The notes beneath the pieces are model-generated. The model was not told the DNA's origin and did not search any database. It was given only the letters and a program-made list of their open reading frames with translations. From assembly GCA_902586125.1 (NCBI GenBank), contig CACIGI010000006.1, forward strand, positions 4,468 to 68,467: a stretch of DNA of 64,000 nt. Reading direction: 5' to 3'. Positions 8,963 through 20,476 of this stretch are shown in pieces. The translations under genes were made by a program, and so were the position numbers. Within the stretch, counting starts at the first letter, position 1. The number at the start of each line of letters is the position of its first letter. This DNA comes from an uncultured Pelagibacteraceae bacterium (GTDB lineage: Bacteria; Pseudomonadota; Alphaproteobacteria; Pelagibacterales; Pelagibacteraceae).

Positions 8963-10543
8963 ATGAATTACAATCATATAATTTATCTTAGAAAAGAACT
9001 GGACAAAATTAAAATTCTTTTTAAAAAAGGAGAATTCAAACTTGTTATTAAAAAATCTAAAGCTCTTTTAAAAAAAAATCCAAATCAAACTATAATCTAT
9101 AATTATATTGGCTTATCATATATTCAGTTAAATGAAATTGAAAACGCTTTAGAGATATTTCTGTTAGCTAATCAAAGATTGCCCTCCGAACCCTCAATTT
9201 TATGTAACATTGGGATCGCTTATAAGAATCTTGATGATATATTAAATGCAAGAAATTTTTTTAATAAAGCTATAAATATTAATCCAAGACATTTGCCGTC
9301 CTACATTAATTTAGGTCACCTTGAAAATAATCTTAACCATAGTAAAAAAGCAGCAGATCACTATTTAAAAGCTTATAATTTGAATAATAATTTGGAAGAG
9401 GTCTTGACTTATCATGTTTTAAGTCTTTCTGCGCAGGGAAAATTCGTAGAAGCAAAAAAGATAATTTTGGAATTGAATAATAAATTTCCAGAAAACGTTA
9501 AATCTTACCAATTATATAGTAGAATTCATAAATATGCATTAGAGGATTCTCATCAAAAATTGATGTTGAGTAAAATAAACAATCCAAGTTTAAATCATGA
9601 AGATTTGTCTAATTTACACTTTGCTCTAGCAAAATCTTTTTATGATCAGAAAAACGTAGAAAAATTTGTTCATCATACTTTAAAAGCTAATGATATTAAA
9701 TTTAAAACCTTTAAAGATTATAATCTTAAGTCAGAGGAAATAAAATTTGGTAAAATTAAAAAATATTATAAAAATTTTCAAGTTACAGACTCAAACAGCA
9801 GAGGGGAAAATCTAATATTTGTAGTTGGCTTGCCAAGATCAGGAACAACTCTTCTGCATCAAATTATAAGTTCACACTCAAAAACCTTTGGGGCAGAAGA
9901 AAGTCATATTCTGAGTGATTTTTTTAATAAAAAATTTAAAAATGAAAGTTCTCTTATAAATTTTGTTTCTAAAGAACTTTCTGATAAAAAATTATGTCTT
10001 AATTTATCCAATGAAATTTTATCAAAATATAAAATTTATGATCAGGATAAAATTATAGTAGATAAAATGCCTTTTAATTTTAGATGGATTGGTTTTATCA
10101 AAATCCTTTTTCCTCAAGCTAAAATAATTCATAGTAATAGAAATCCCGCTGATAGTGCTTTTTCAATATTCAGAAATATGTTTGACAGTCCTGGTCTTGG
10201 TTGGACTTACAATCAAGATTATTTAATCAAGTATGTTAACCTTTATAACGATCTAATGTCTTTTTGGAAAGAAGAGTTGGGAGATTATATTTATGAAAGT
10301 CACTATGAAAAATTGGTGACAGAACAAGTCAATGAAACAAAAAATATTTTAAAATTTTGCAATTTAGAATTTGAAGAAAAATGTATTAATTATACTGATA
10401 GCAATATACCATCAAGAACAGTAAGTGTTTTGCAAGTAAGAGATAAGATTTATAAAAGTTCTGTTAACTTAAGCGAAAAATATTACAAATACTTTCCTTT
10501 TTTGAAGCAAATAAAAAAAGGGCCCCATAAAGGGGCCCTTTAA
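8963..10543 (+). CDS. TPR-repeat sulfotransferase family protein
   Basis: N-terminal TPR-like repeats; PAPS-binding GLPRSGTTLL, plus DKMPFNF and RNPADSAFS motifs. Confidence 0.9.
   Translation: MNYNHIIYLRKELDKIKILFKKGEFKLVIKKSKALLKKNPNQTIIYNYIGLSYIQLNEIENALEIFLLANQRLPSEPSILCNIGIAYKNLDDILNARNFFNKAININPRHLPSYINLGHLENNLNHSKKAADHYLKAYNLNNNLEEVLTYHVLSLSAQGKFVEAKKIILELNNKFPENVKSYQLYSRIHKYALEDSHQKLMLSKINNPSLNHEDLSNLHFALAKSFYDQKNVEKFVHHTLKANDIKFKTFKDYNLKSEEIKFGKIKKYYKNFQVTDSNSRGENLIFVVGLPRSGTTLLHQIISSHSKTFGAEESHILSDFFNKKFKNESSLINFVSKELSDKKLCLNLSNEILSKYKIYDQDKIIVDKMPFNFRWIGFIKILFPQAKIIHSNRNPADSAFSIFRNMFDSPGLGWTYNQDYLIKYVNLYNDLMSFWKEELGDYIYESHYEKLVTEQVNETKNILKFCNLEFEEKCINYTDSNIPSRTVSVLQVRDKIYKSSVNLSEKYYKYFPFLKQIKKGPHKGAL
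10513..10541 (-). terminator. Intrinsic terminator of porin gene (possibly bidirectional)
   Basis: Perfect stem AAAGGGCCCC-ATAAA-GGGGCCCTTT with a 7-nt U-tract on the minus strand. Confidence 0.85.
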
Positions 10544-10560
10544 ATAATCTCTACGACTAA

Positions 10561-11535
10561 TTAAAACGCAAAAGTAACAAGTACTTCTGTAGTTTCTGAA
10601 GTCTGACCCGCAGTATTTGCTATGCCAGTTCCCTCACTGTCTTTAAGGTTAATTGACATACCACCCATTGAGTAAGACGCTTGAAAACTCTCAATTTCTT
10701 GGTCAACAGCTGAACTTGCTTTATCAGTATTGTGCTCACCATATGAAATTGAAAAATCATCATTTACCATGAATGAAATTGCGTAAATTTCAGTTTCAAG
10801 ATCAGTTCCACCTGCAGCAGAGTCATCTTCATCATTTAATTGATAGCCAACTGAAGCTGGACCGAAGTTATAAACGAAACCAACTGTTGTGTGATCGATT
10901 TCTTTACTATCTGCTTGACCTTCTGTACCCGCACCAGCTTTGATAGTTAAGCCTTCCGCTACATCGTATGATATTCCAATAGATGATGATGACGTAGCAC
11001 TTTTAGTTGTAGTGTCTGTCTCTCCATCAGTTCTATCTAATGTTGCAGCTATACCATCAGAATAACCAATGCTTATAGTTGCGCCACCAACACTAGTATC
11101 ATAGCCAAAACCTTGACCTGAAGCCATTTTTGCCATGTTATGAGTAGCAATTCCGTCGTTAGCTTGTTCATAAGCCTTTGGCATAAAGTCTTCTAAGCCA
11201 GCTAAACCAGGGTGACCATCAGCGTCATTGTATGATAGTGTTCCCATATCTCCCATGTCAATTGTTAAAGAAGATGTATCAGACTTAGCTGTTTCTTCTC
11301 CAGACATACCATGTGATAGGGTTACAACAAAACCATTATCTAGTTCACCTGAACCAGAAGCTGATATTTCTTGGTCCATAGCGAACGCACTAGCGTTGTT
11401 TTTACCCGCTTGTGTTCCGTCGTTAGTTACATAACTTAATTTAGCACCACCACTTAGTGATAAACTACCTGCAAATGCAGATGTTGCAACTAATGAACCT
11501 GCTAGAGCTGTAAGCCCTACTTTTTTAATGTTCAT
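10561..11535 (-). CDS. Outer-membrane porin
   Basis: Signal peptide (ATSAFA), acidic Gly/Ser/Asp-rich beta-strand pattern, C-terminal VTFAF beta-signal, strong terminator. Confidence 0.9.
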   Translation of the reverse strand: MNIKKVGLTALAGSLVATSAFAGSLSLSGGAKLSYVTNDGTQAGKNNASAFAMDQEISASGSGELDNGFVVTLSHGMSGEETAKSDTSSLTIDMGDMGTLSYNDADGHPGLAGLEDFMPKAYEQANDGIATHNMAKMASGQGFGYDTSVGGATISIGYSDGIAATLDRTDGETDTTTKSATSSSSIGISYDVAEGLTIKAGAGTEGQADSKEIDHTTVGFVYNFGPASVGYQLNDEDDSAAGGTDLETEIYAISFMVNDDFSISYGEHNTDKASSAVDQEIESFQASYSMGGMSINLKDSEGTGIANTAGQTSETTEVLVTFAF

Positions 11536-11741
11536 ATTGTTTCCTTTGTTTATTTATTGTTTTTATCATTATTTATTAATAATAATGCTAATTAGGTAAC
11601 AAATTTTAGTTTGATATCATTTAAAATGAGTAGAATTTTTATTTTTTTGTAGCTACTGTTGCATAATTATCACATTTTTATTCCTTTATTTGCTACATTT
11701 TATGTTATATTTAAGCATTTTTAATTAATTCTAATAGTTTA

Positions 11742-12290
11742 ATGAATAATTTGCCAAAATTTATAATAATTCTCTTTTTTATGTTGTACAGCGGATGTGG
11801 TATCTACAAGCCAGTAGATGTTAAGAAAACCAGTGTAACCGGTACTGAAAGAGCCAGACAAAATATAGAGGAAGGTAAAGGTTTTAGGTTGTTTGATGGC
11901 CAAAGGTTAAGGGGTACTACGTTTGAATTTGCAAGCTCTAACGAATTATGGAGAGCATCTTTAGACATTTTAAATTTTATGCCTTTGACTTCTGCAAATT
12001 ACAGTGGGGGTATTATAATTACTGACTGGTATTCAGAAGCAGGTAATTCAAACGACTCTATAAAAATTACAATTAGATTTTTAAGTAACGAAATAAGGTC
12101 AGATTCAGTTGACATAAATATTTTTTATAAAAATTGTGTATCAATAAATAATTGCTCTATAAATAAAAAAGAGGGCCCATTAAAAAAACAATTAACAAAA
12201 AAAATTTTAACTAAAGCGGCTGTGTATAAAAAACAATCAAAAGATAAAAATTTTAAGAAAAAGAATAGAAAATCTTCTCCTGACAACTAA
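11742..12290 (+). CDS. DUF3576-type lipoprotein
   Basis: Lipobox-like LYSGC; LWRASLDILNFMPL and GGIIITDWY motifs; usual position upstream of leuS. Confidence 0.82.
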   Translation: MNNLPKFIIILFFMLYSGCGIYKPVDVKKTSVTGTERARQNIEEGKGFRLFDGQRLRGTTFEFASSNELWRASLDILNFMPLTSANYSGGIIITDWYSEAGNSNDSIKITIRFLSNEIRSDSVDINIFYKNCVSINNCSINKKEGPLKKQLTKKILTKAAVYKKQSKDKNFKKKNRKSSPDN

Positions 12291-12316
12291 TTATAAGATA
12301 ATTAAATCAATTAGTA

Positions 12317-14851
12317 ATGAATAGATATAATTTCAAAGCTATAGAAAGTAAATGGCAAAATTTTTGGGAAAAGAATAAAACTTTTAAAGTAAAGACAGAT
12401 CTAAAAAAGAAAAAATTTTATTGTCTTGAAATGTTTCCATATCCATCGGGAAAAATTCATATGGGTCATGTCAGAAATTACACCATTGGTGACGTGCTTG
12501 CTCGATATAAAGCTCTGAAAGGATATAACGTTTTACATCCAATGGGGTGGGATTCATTTGGCATGCCTGCAGAAAATGCGGCAAGACAAAATAATCTTGA
12601 TCCAAAAACTTGGACAGAATCCAACATTAAAAATATGAAAGCTCAGCTAAAAAAGTTAGGTTTATCTATTGACTGGGATAGAGAAATATCAACCTGCATC
12701 CCAGAATATTACCGACATCAACAGGAATTTTTTTTAGAACTTTACGATAAGGGGCTGGTTTATAGAAAAGAACAATACGTTAATTGGGATCCTGTTGATG
12801 AAACAGTTCTTGCAAATGAACAAGTTATAGATGGTAAGGGTTGGAGATCAGGTGCGGTTGTTGAAAGAAAAAAATTAAATCAATGGTTTTTTAATATTTC
12901 AAAATTTTCTCAAGAACTCCTGGATGGTTTAGATAATTTAGATTTATGGCCGAAAAAAGTAAAAACAATGCAAAAAAACTGGATTGGAAAATCATTTGGA
13001 TGTGAGATCGATTTTGATGTTGAGGGTGAATTGCCTGTTAAAAATATAAAATGCTTTACCACAAGGCCTGACACCCTTTTTGGATTTTCATTTCTAGCCC
13101 TGTCTGTTGACCATGAAATTTCTAAATTCTATCAAAAGAATAAGGATTTTATTAAATTTAAACAGGAATGTTCGAAGACTGGTACTACTGAGGAAGCTAT
13201 TGCAGTGGGTGAAAAAATTGGATTTAAAACTGAACTTAAAGCAATTAATCCATTAAATCCGAACCAAAAAGTTCCAGTATATTTTGCAAATTTTGTTTTA
13301 ATGGATTATGGGTTCGGTGCTGTTTTTGGCTGTCCAGCGCATGATCAAAGAGATTTTGATTTTGCAAAAAAATATAATCTTGAAATTAAAACGGTTGTTC
13401 GACCAAATGATCAAAATGATAATTTTAAAGTTGAGAATGAAGCTTACCCTGGTCCTGGAGTTCTAATTAACTCAGATTTTCTAAATGGTTTGAGTGCGCC
13501 GGAAAAGTCTGTTCTTGAAACAATTAAAATTTTAGAGGATAAAAAATTGGGTAAAAAACAAATTAATTTTAGGCTTAAGGACTGGGGTGTATCCAGACAA
13601 AGATATTGGGGCTGCCCAATCCCAATTGCGTATGATGAGAATGATAATGCATATCCAATACCCAAATCAAAGCTACCTGTAAAGCTCCCAGAAAATATAG
13701 ATATTAATTTTAAAGGTAATCCACTAAATAATCAAAATGATTGGAGAGAAATAATTATTGATGGAAAAAAATTGTTGAGAGAAACGGATACTCTAGATAC
13801 TTTCGTTTGCTCATCGTGGTATTACTTAAGATTTTGTTCTCCAAACGAAACTGGGTATGGATTTAAAAAAGAAGATATTGATTATTGGATGCCAGTTGAC
13901 CAGTATATTGGTGGTGTTGAGCACGCGATTTTACATTTACTTTATTCAAGATTTTTTATGCATGCATTGTCATATGATAATGATAAATTCAACATATTGG
14001 AACCATTCGATGGTCTATTTACTCAAGGAATGGTCTGTCATGAAACTTATAAAGATCCGGATAACAATTGGATAAGTCCTGAGGAAATTGAAAGTATAGA
14101 TGGTAAGAAATATCTTAAAAAAGATAAATCCAAACTAATTTCAGTTGGACCTTCAGAGTCTATGTCAAAATCAAAAAAAAACACAATCGATCCAGAGAAT
14201 ATTATTTCCAATTACGGAGCTGACTCTGCAAGACTATTTATTTTATCTGATAGTCCCCCTGAAAAAGATGTTCAGTGGTCTGAAGAAGGTATTGTTTCGT
14301 CTTTTAAATTTATTCAAAAACTTTGGAGGTTGAATGAAAAAATCTTAGAAGAAATTAATAAAAATCACAGCACAGATTTTGATGATCAGATTACTAAATA
14401 TACTAACAAGTATCTAAAGAAAGTTCACGATAACCTTGAGAGTTTTAGTTATAATAAAATAATAGCGAACTTATATGAAATGTATTCTTTTTTAAACAAA
14501 GAAGTAGAAAAAGTTTATTCTAGAAACACATTAGTCAACAATTATCAAAAAATTTTAATTGTTATGACGCCAATTCTTCCTCATTTTGCCAATGAGTGTT
14601 TGAGTATTATTAAAGCAAAAAATTTTAAATGGCCAGAATACGATATTTCAATGTTGAAAGAGGAAACAATTAATATCGTTATACAAATAAATGGAAAAAA
14701 AAGAGGTTTAATACAATCAAAACCTAATATTTCTGAGGAAAAACTATTTGAAATAATTAAGAATGATGAGAAGATAATGAAATATTTTGATCAAAAAAAC
14801 ATAAAAAAAAAGATCTATATTAAGGATAAAATTTTGAACATAATTATTTAG
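12317..14851 (+). CDS. leuS: Leucine--tRNA ligase
   Basis: MFPYPSG, HMGH and SMSKSK (KMSKS-like) motifs; editing domain. Confidence 0.99.
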   Translation: MNRYNFKAIESKWQNFWEKNKTFKVKTDLKKKKFYCLEMFPYPSGKIHMGHVRNYTIGDVLARYKALKGYNVLHPMGWDSFGMPAENAARQNNLDPKTWTESNIKNMKAQLKKLGLSIDWDREISTCIPEYYRHQQEFFLELYDKGLVYRKEQYVNWDPVDETVLANEQVIDGKGWRSGAVVERKKLNQWFFNISKFSQELLDGLDNLDLWPKKVKTMQKNWIGKSFGCEIDFDVEGELPVKNIKCFTTRPDTLFGFSFLALSVDHEISKFYQKNKDFIKFKQECSKTGTTEEAIAVGEKIGFKTELKAINPLNPNQKVPVYFANFVLMDYGFGAVFGCPAHDQRDFDFAKKYNLEIKTVVRPNDQNDNFKVENEAYPGPGVLINSDFLNGLSAPEKSVLETIKILEDKKLGKKQINFRLKDWGVSRQRYWGCPIPIAYDENDNAYPIPKSKLPVKLPENIDINFKGNPLNNQNDWREIIIDGKKLLRETDTLDTFVCSSWYYLRFCSPNETGYGFKKEDIDYWMPVDQYIGGVEHAILHLLYSRFFMHALSYDNDKFNILEPFDGLFTQGMVCHETYKDPDNNWISPEEIESIDGKKYLKKDKSKLISVGPSESMSKSKKNTIDPENIISNYGADSARLFILSDSPPEKDVQWSEEGIVSSFKFIQKLWRLNEKILEEINKNHSTDFDDQITKYTNKYLKKVHDNLESFSYNKIIANLYEMYSFLNKEVEKVYSRNTLVNNYQKILIVMTPILPHFANECLSIIKAKNFKWPEYDISMLKEETINIVIQINGKKRGLIQSKPNISEEKLFEIIKNDEKIMKYFDQKNIKKKIYIKDKILNIII

Positions 14852-15307
14852 ATGCTTAAGAAAATTTTTTTTACGATCTTGTTACTAAATTTATTAAATC
14901 ATTGTGAATATAAACCAGTTTATTCAAACCAAAATAAAGTAAATTACAAAATAATTGTGACAAGTTTTAGTGGTGACAAAGAAATAAATAATTTAATCAC
15001 TTCAACCATTAAAAGAAATAATAATGAAAGCTCTAACAAAACCCTGAATATTAGTTTTGACACTAAATATACTAAGAATATTTTAGCTAAAAATGCTGCT
15101 GGAACAATAACTGATTACCAGGCTAATGTGATTACAAAATTTAATATCAAAAGAGAAGATGTCTCTGAAAATTTTTCAATTAATGAGAAATTTAATTTCA
15201 AAAAAATGACTGATAAATATGAAGAAAAAAATTATGAGCGAACTATCAAAAAAAATCTTGCTGACTCAATTTCTCAAAAACTAATACTTAGGTTAACTGT
15301 AAATTAA
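14852..15307 (+). CDS. lptE: LptE-like lipoprotein
   Basis: Signal peptide with LNHC then YKPVY; conserved leuS-lptE-holA order. Confidence 0.65.
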   Translation: MLKKIFFTILLLNLLNHCEYKPVYSNQNKVNYKIIVTSFSGDKEINNLITSTIKRNNNESSNKTLNISFDTKYTKNILAKNAAGTITDYQANVITKFNIKREDVSENFSINEKFNFKKMTDKYEEKNYERTIKKNLADSISQKLILRLTVN

Positions 15308-16284
15308 TGATTTTAAGGTCGTTTGAACTTAATAAAATTTCAAAAGATGCAATATTCCACCTAGTTTACGGCACAAATGAGGGCTTAAAAACTGAGTGTA
15401 TCAATGAAATTTTAAAAAAAAATAATGCAAGAGTTTTTAATTATGATGAAATCCAGATTGAAGATCAAGAAGGATCTTTCTATGAAAATATACTATGTGG
15501 TTCACTATTTGAAAGCAGTAAAATCATATTGATAAATAGAGCATCAGATAAAATTTATAATGTAATTTATGATCTGATTGATAGAAACATAAGTAATACA
15601 AAAATCATAATAAACGCTTACACTCTTGATACTAAATCAAAATTAAGATCACTTTTTGAAAAAAATAAAGATTTAATTTGTATACCCACATATCCAGATA
15701 ATAATGAAACTCTTTCAAGATTGGCTGCAACTTTATTTAGAGAAGAAAATATTTCAATATCACAACAAAATGTAAACCTGATTGTTGAAAAATGCAATGG
15801 AGATAGGAAAAATTTAAAAAATGAATTTGAAAAAATAAAAAATTTTGTAAAAAATAAAAAAAAAATATCAAACAAGGAAATTTTAAAGATAATTAATTTA
15901 GCTGAAAACTATAAATTATCAGAATTAATAGATAATTGTTTAACAAAAGATAAAAAGAAGATAATTAATATTCTTAATGATAGCAATTATAGTGCAGAGG
16001 AAAGTATAACTATTTTAAGAACTTTTTTATTTAAGGCAAAAAGAATTCTTAAGCTCGCAACAGAACTTCAAAGAAACCATGACATTAACAAGACAGTAAA
16101 TTCAGCTAGACCGCCAATCTTTTGGAAAGATAAAGAAGTTGTAAAAAATCAGCTTAAAAAATGGAAGCATAAAGAAATAAAAGAACTTATCAAAAATATT
16201 AATGATGTTGAGCTTGAGATTAAGAAAAATTATAATAATTCGATACTTATTGTTACTGACTTTATTTTAGAAAAAAGTCATTAA
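15307..16284 (+). CDS. holA: DNA polymerase III delta subunit
   Basis: LVYGTNEG, SLF and RPPIFWKDK motifs; synteny. Confidence 0.9.
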   Translation: MILRSFELNKISKDAIFHLVYGTNEGLKTECINEILKKNNARVFNYDEIQIEDQEGSFYENILCGSLFESSKIILINRASDKIYNVIYDLIDRNISNTKIIINAYTLDTKSKLRSLFEKNKDLICIPTYPDNNETLSRLAATLFREENISISQQNVNLIVEKCNGDRKNLKNEFEKIKNFVKNKKKISNKEILKIINLAENYKLSELIDNCLTKDKKKIINILNDSNYSAEESITILRTFLFKAKRILKLATELQRNHDINKTVNSARPPIFWKDKEVVKNQLKKWKHKEIKELIKNINDVELEIKKNYNNSILIVTDFILEKSH

Positions 16285-16288
16285 GAAA

Positions 16289-17128
16289 TTAATAATTAGA
16301 TTTAATAATATCTATTATTTTATTTAATTGCTCAATATCATGATATACAAAAGTGATTGTTCCTTTATTCTTTTTATTATTTTTTATAGAAACATTTAAA
16401 CCAATTTTTTCAGCAATTGATTTTTCAAGGTTTTGAATATTTGGATCTTTAGATTTAACATAAGAACCTTTTTTCTTCTTAAAAATTTTGACAAAATTTT
16501 CTGATTGGCGAACTGAGAGCTTTTTTTCAATAATCTTTTGTGCAACAAAACTTGCATTTTCAAGACCAACCAATATCTTCGCGTGACCAGGAGATAACTT
16601 TTTAGTTTCGATATAAGTTAACACATCACTAGGTAGAGTTAATATTCTTAAACAATTTGTGATATAACTTCTACTTTTTCCTATAAATTTTGATACTTTT
16701 TCTTGATCATAAGAAAAATCATTTATTAATCTTTGGTAGCCTTGAGCTTCTTCTAGTGGGTTTAGGTCATTTCTTTGAACATTTTCAATAATTGCGAACT
16801 CTAAAGATTTTAAATCGTCTGCTTCAGTAACGACCACTGGAACTTCATGTAGGCCAGCTCTTTGTGCTGCAAGCCAACGTCTTTCTCCAGCTATGATTTC
16901 ATACTTTGAATTTTCATCAGATTTTCGAACGATAATTGGTTGAATAATACCTCTTTCTTTTATAGATTTTTCTAGTTCATTCAAACTATCTTCATTAAAA
17001 ATTTTTCTAGGTTGAAATTTATTTGGATTAAGATCACCAATTGACAATTTATTTGTGTTTTTCTCAATCTTAGTTTCACCTATTAATGAAGATAATCCTC
17101 TACCCAACCCCTTTTTGATCTTATTCAC
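16289..17128 (-). CDS. parB: Chromosome partitioning protein ParB
   Basis: GLGRGLSSL, GERRWLA and ENVQRNDL motifs; HTH. Confidence 0.97.
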   Translation of the reverse strand: MNKIKKGLGRGLSSLIGETKIEKNTNKLSIGDLNPNKFQPRKIFNEDSLNELEKSIKERGIIQPIIVRKSDENSKYEIIAGERRWLAAQRAGLHEVPVVVTEADDLKSLEFAIIENVQRNDLNPLEEAQGYQRLINDFSYDQEKVSKFIGKSRSYITNCLRILTLPSDVLTYIETKKLSPGHAKILVGLENASFVAQKIIEKKLSVRQSENFVKIFKKKKGSYVKSKDPNIQNLEKSIAEKIGLNVSIKNNKKNKGTITFVYHDIEQLNKIIDIIKSNY

Positions 17129-17922
17129 TAAGCTGCACTCCCTACTTGATTTTCTTGATTAATAAATTCATCTGTAAAGCTATAATATGATTTGCTACCG
17201 GGACAGTTTTTATCATAAATTAAAACTGGTACCCCATGAGATGGTGCCTCAGACAATCTCACATTACGTGGAATTACCGTTTGATATACTTTTTCTTTAA
17301 AATAATTTCTTGCCTCCTGTTCAACTTGCGATGATAACTTATTTCTTCTATCGTACATTGTTAAAAGTATCCCTTGAATTTCCAATTTAGGATTCAAATT
17401 AATTTTTATGCGATCAATTGTTTTCATTAATTGTGTCAAACCCTCTAAGGCAAAGAATTCTGTCTGAAGTGGAACTAAGAGTGAGTTTGAGCACACCAGA
17501 GCCATCACAGTCAATAGACTTAGGGATGGTGGACAGTCTATGAATATATAATCGTATGATCCCTCAGAATTGTTTAAAAATGCGGATAATTTAACCTTTA
17601 AAATAAACGCCCGATCACTATCACCAGCCGTCTCAACCTCAAGACCAGACAAATCAACATTTGAAGTTATCACATCGAGATTATCAAAATTTGTTTTTTT
17701 AATTACCTTCGAGATAGATTTGGTTCCATTTAAAATACCATAAATAGTTTCGTCAGATCTTTCCAAATTAGATAAGCCAAGACCAGTTGTTGCATTTCCT
17801 TGAGGATCTAAATCAATAACTAAAATTTTTTTTCCTTGTTGTGTTAATGCAGACGCAAGATTAATCACTGTAGTTGTTTTACCAACTCCACCCTTCTGAT
17901 TTATTATTGAAATAATTTTCAT
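17128..17922 (-). CDS. parA: Chromosome partitioning ATPase ParA
   Basis: NQKGGVGKTTT, DLDPQGN and DCPPSL motifs. Confidence 0.97.
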   Translation of the reverse strand: MKIISIINQKGGVGKTTTVINLASALTQQGKKILVIDLDPQGNATTGLGLSNLERSDETIYGILNGTKSISKVIKKTNFDNLDVITSNVDLSGLEVETAGDSDRAFILKVKLSAFLNNSEGSYDYIFIDCPPSLSLLTVMALVCSNSLLVPLQTEFFALEGLTQLMKTIDRIKINLNPKLEIQGILLTMYDRRNKLSSQVEQEARNYFKEKVYQTVIPRNVRLSEAPSHGVPVLIYDKNCPGSKSYYSFTDEFINQENQVGSAA

Positions 17923-18566
17923 TAAATTTTTTTTTTCATATTTTTTATATTTAACAAAAACGAATCTTTACTTGTTAAACTTTTTTTTTCCTCATAGTCC
18001 AAATTCCAAATTTTAAGACTATCTTTTAAAATTTTTCTTCCACTTTTGCCCATGAATAAAATTATATTTTTATATTTATCAAAATTTTCTTGCACTAACT
18101 CAAGAATTATGGGCATTGGTTTAAAAGCTCTGGACATAATTGTTCCAGTTTCAATATTTTTAATTTTAAAGATATCCTCTTGTATTATTTCTGTGTTCAA
18201 ATTTAATTTATTTGAGACATCTTTTAAGAAAACACATTTGTGATAACTTTTTTCATAAAGTTTTATTTTCATAGTATTTTTTAACTTTTTCATTATGATT
18301 GCTATGATTAATCCAGGCATTCCACCTCCAGATCCTAAATCAGAGGTTGTATTACAATTTAAATCAACAAAATCAATTATTTGTGCAGAATCAATAATAT
18401 GTCTTTGTCTTATGACATCTTTTTCAGAAGTTTTTTTGCTAATTATGTTAATTTCCCTATTTTTTTCTTGAATCAAGCCTATTAAGTTTTCAAAATCATT
18501 ACAAGTTTCACGTGAAACATCATATTTTTGTATTTGAGAGTAATTTTTAGAAAATATCGAATCCAT
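17922..18566 (-). CDS. rsmG: 16S rRNA m7G527 methyltransferase RsmG (GidB)
   Basis: RHIIDS, DLGSGGGMPG and SRA motifs; between mnmG and parA. Confidence 0.93.
   Translation of the reverse strand: MDSIFSKNYSQIQKYDVSRETCNDFENLIGLIQEKNREINIISKKTSEKDVIRQRHIIDSAQIIDFVDLNCNTTSDLGSGGGMPGLIIAIIMKKLKNTMKIKLYEKSYHKCVFLKDVSNKLNLNTEIIQEDIFKIKNIETGTIMSRAFKPMPIILELVQENFDKYKNIILFMGKSGRKILKDSLKIWNLDYEEKKSLTSKDSFLLNIKNMKKKI
18504..18519. promoter_or_regulatory. parS: parS centromere site
   Basis: AGTTTCACGTGAAACA, 15/16 match to TGTTTCACGTGAAACA, about 0.6 kb from parA. Confidence 0.9.
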
Positions 18567-20437
18567 TAAGCTATATGCTTAATAGACTTTCTTTTAACGT
18601 GTGACAACAAAATATATACAGCTGCTGGAGTTATACCGTCTATTCGCAACGCTTGTCCCATAGTTTTTGGACGTATTTTCTTGAATTTAGCCTTTACCTC
18701 GTTAGATAAGCCGGAAAATTGATCATAATCAATATTATCTGGGATCATGAGATTTTCATCTCTTTTAAAAGCTATAATATCCGCATTTTGTTTTTTTAAA
18801 TAACCTCTATAATGAGAATTAATTTCTATTTGCTCGTCAATTTCTGATCCAAAATCACTAATTTCAGGCCAAATCTCTCGTATTTTATTCATATTAGCAT
18901 CTTTTTGTGCTAAAACTTCATCAGCTGAACGTAAAATACCATCCTTTGCAACTTTAATACCATGTTTATCAGCTTTTGTTGGAGATATACTTAAACTAGA
19001 CATTTGAAGAGTTATTTCACTCATTTTAGCAAATTTATCCTCAAATTTATATTTTCTATCGCTTGACACTAAGCCAATTTTAATACCTTTATTGGTAAGT
19101 CTCAAATCAGCATTATCTGCTCTTAAACTTAGCCTATACTCAGCTCTTGAAGTAAACATTCTATAAGGCTCTGCTACACCCTTAGTAACTAAATCATCTA
19201 TCATCACTCCAATATAAGCATCTGACCTATCTAGGATGAATGGCTCTTTATTCATAAATGACAAGGCTGCATTAACGCCAGCAACAAGACCTTGAGCTGC
19301 AGCCTCTTCATATCCAGTTGTTCCGTTTATCTGACCAGCTAAATACAAATTCTTAATTTTTTTAGTCTCAAGAGTTAAAAAGAGCTCTCTAGGGTCTACA
19401 TAGTCATATTCTATAGCATATCCTGGTCTAATTATTTTTACATTTTCTAAACCATTGATATTGTTGAGTATTTCAGCCTGTATTACCTCAGGTAGAGAAT
19501 TTGATATTCCATTTGGATAAATCGTGTTGTCATTAAGCCCCTCTGGCTCTAAAAAAATTTGATGCCTTGCCTTTTCAGCAAACTTAACTATTTTATCTTC
19601 TATTGATGGACAATATCTAGGGCCGACCCCTTTAATGTTGCCAGAGTACATTGCGCTCCTAGACAAGTTCTTCTCAATTATCTTATGCACCTTTTCGTTG
19701 GTATAAGTCATCGAACAAGACACTTGTTTGTTAGTTGTTGATTTCGTTAAGAAGGAAAAAAAGTAAGGATTGTCATCCGCTGCTTGTTTTTCCAAATTTT
19801 TAAAATTTATTGTCCTAGCATCGAGACGAGGTGGAGTACCTGTTTTCAGTCTCCCTATTTTAAATTTATATTTTTCTAATTGTTCACTTAAACCTGTACT
19901 AGGTTTTTCATTATATCTTCCTGCGGGAGTACGCTCATCGCCAATATGTATCAATCCATTTAAAAAAGTACCTGTTGTAAGTATTATTTTATTACAGTTA
20001 ATCTTGTAACCCTTTAATGTCAAAAAGCCATTTATTGCATTATTTGAAAAAATAAACTTAATCACAGGATCTGAAAAAATGCTTAAATTACAATAGTTTA
20101 CAAGTTTTTTTTGCATAAATTGCTTATATAATGATCTATCAGACTGAGTTCTTGGACCTCTAACAGCTGGACCCCTGCTTCTATTTAGTAACCTAAATTG
20201 TATTCCTGATTTATCTGCGATTTCTCCCATAACACCATCTAATGCGTCTATCTCTCTGACTAAATGTCCTTTACCCAAACCACCGATTGCAGGATTACAT
20301 GACATCTCACCAATAGTATTTTTATTATGAGTGAATAGAGCAGTATTAACACCTAGACGAGCTGAAGCAGCAGCTGCCTCACAACCTGCGTGACCTCCAC
20401 CTATCACAACAACATCAAATGAGAATTCATTTTTCAT
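18566..20437 (-). CDS. mnmG: tRNA U34 modification enzyme MnmG (GidA)
   Basis: [29 protein letters not shown] and [16 protein letters not shown] motifs. Confidence 0.99.
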   Translation of the reverse strand: MKNEFSFDVVVIGGGHAGCEAAAASARLGVNTALFTHNKNTIGEMSCNPAIGGLGKGHLVREIDALDGVMGEIADKSGIQFRLLNRSRGPAVRGPRTQSDRSLYKQFMQKKLVNYCNLSIFSDPVIKFIFSNNAINGFLTLKGYKINCNKIILTTGTFLNGLIHIGDERTPAGRYNEKPSTGLSEQLEKYKFKIGRLKTGTPPRLDARTINFKNLEKQAADDNPYFFSFLTKSTTNKQVSCSMTYTNEKVHKIIEKNLSRSAMYSGNIKGVGPRYCPSIEDKIVKFAEKARHQIFLEPEGLNDNTIYPNGISNSLPEVIQAEILNNINGLENVKIIRPGYAIEYDYVDPRELFLTLETKKIKNLYLAGQINGTTGYEEAAAQGLVAGVNAALSFMNKEPFILDRSDAYIGVMIDDLVTKGVAEPYRMFTSRAEYRLSLRADNADLRLTNKGIKIGLVSSDRKYKFEDKFAKMSEITLQMSSLSISPTKADKHGIKVAKDGILRSADEVLAQKDANMNKIREIWPEISDFGSEIDEQIEINSHYRGYLKKQNADIIAFKRDENLMIPDNIDYDQFSGLSNEVKAKFKKIRPKTMGQALRIDGITPAAVYILLSHVKRKSIKHIA

Positions 20438-20476
20438 GATATAAATTTATATTTGAAAAAAAATTTTACAAGGATC

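Noticed and set aside
11567-11587. Inverted repeat CATTATT...AATAATG in the porin leader
   Set aside because: Almost all A/T; expected by chance at this composition
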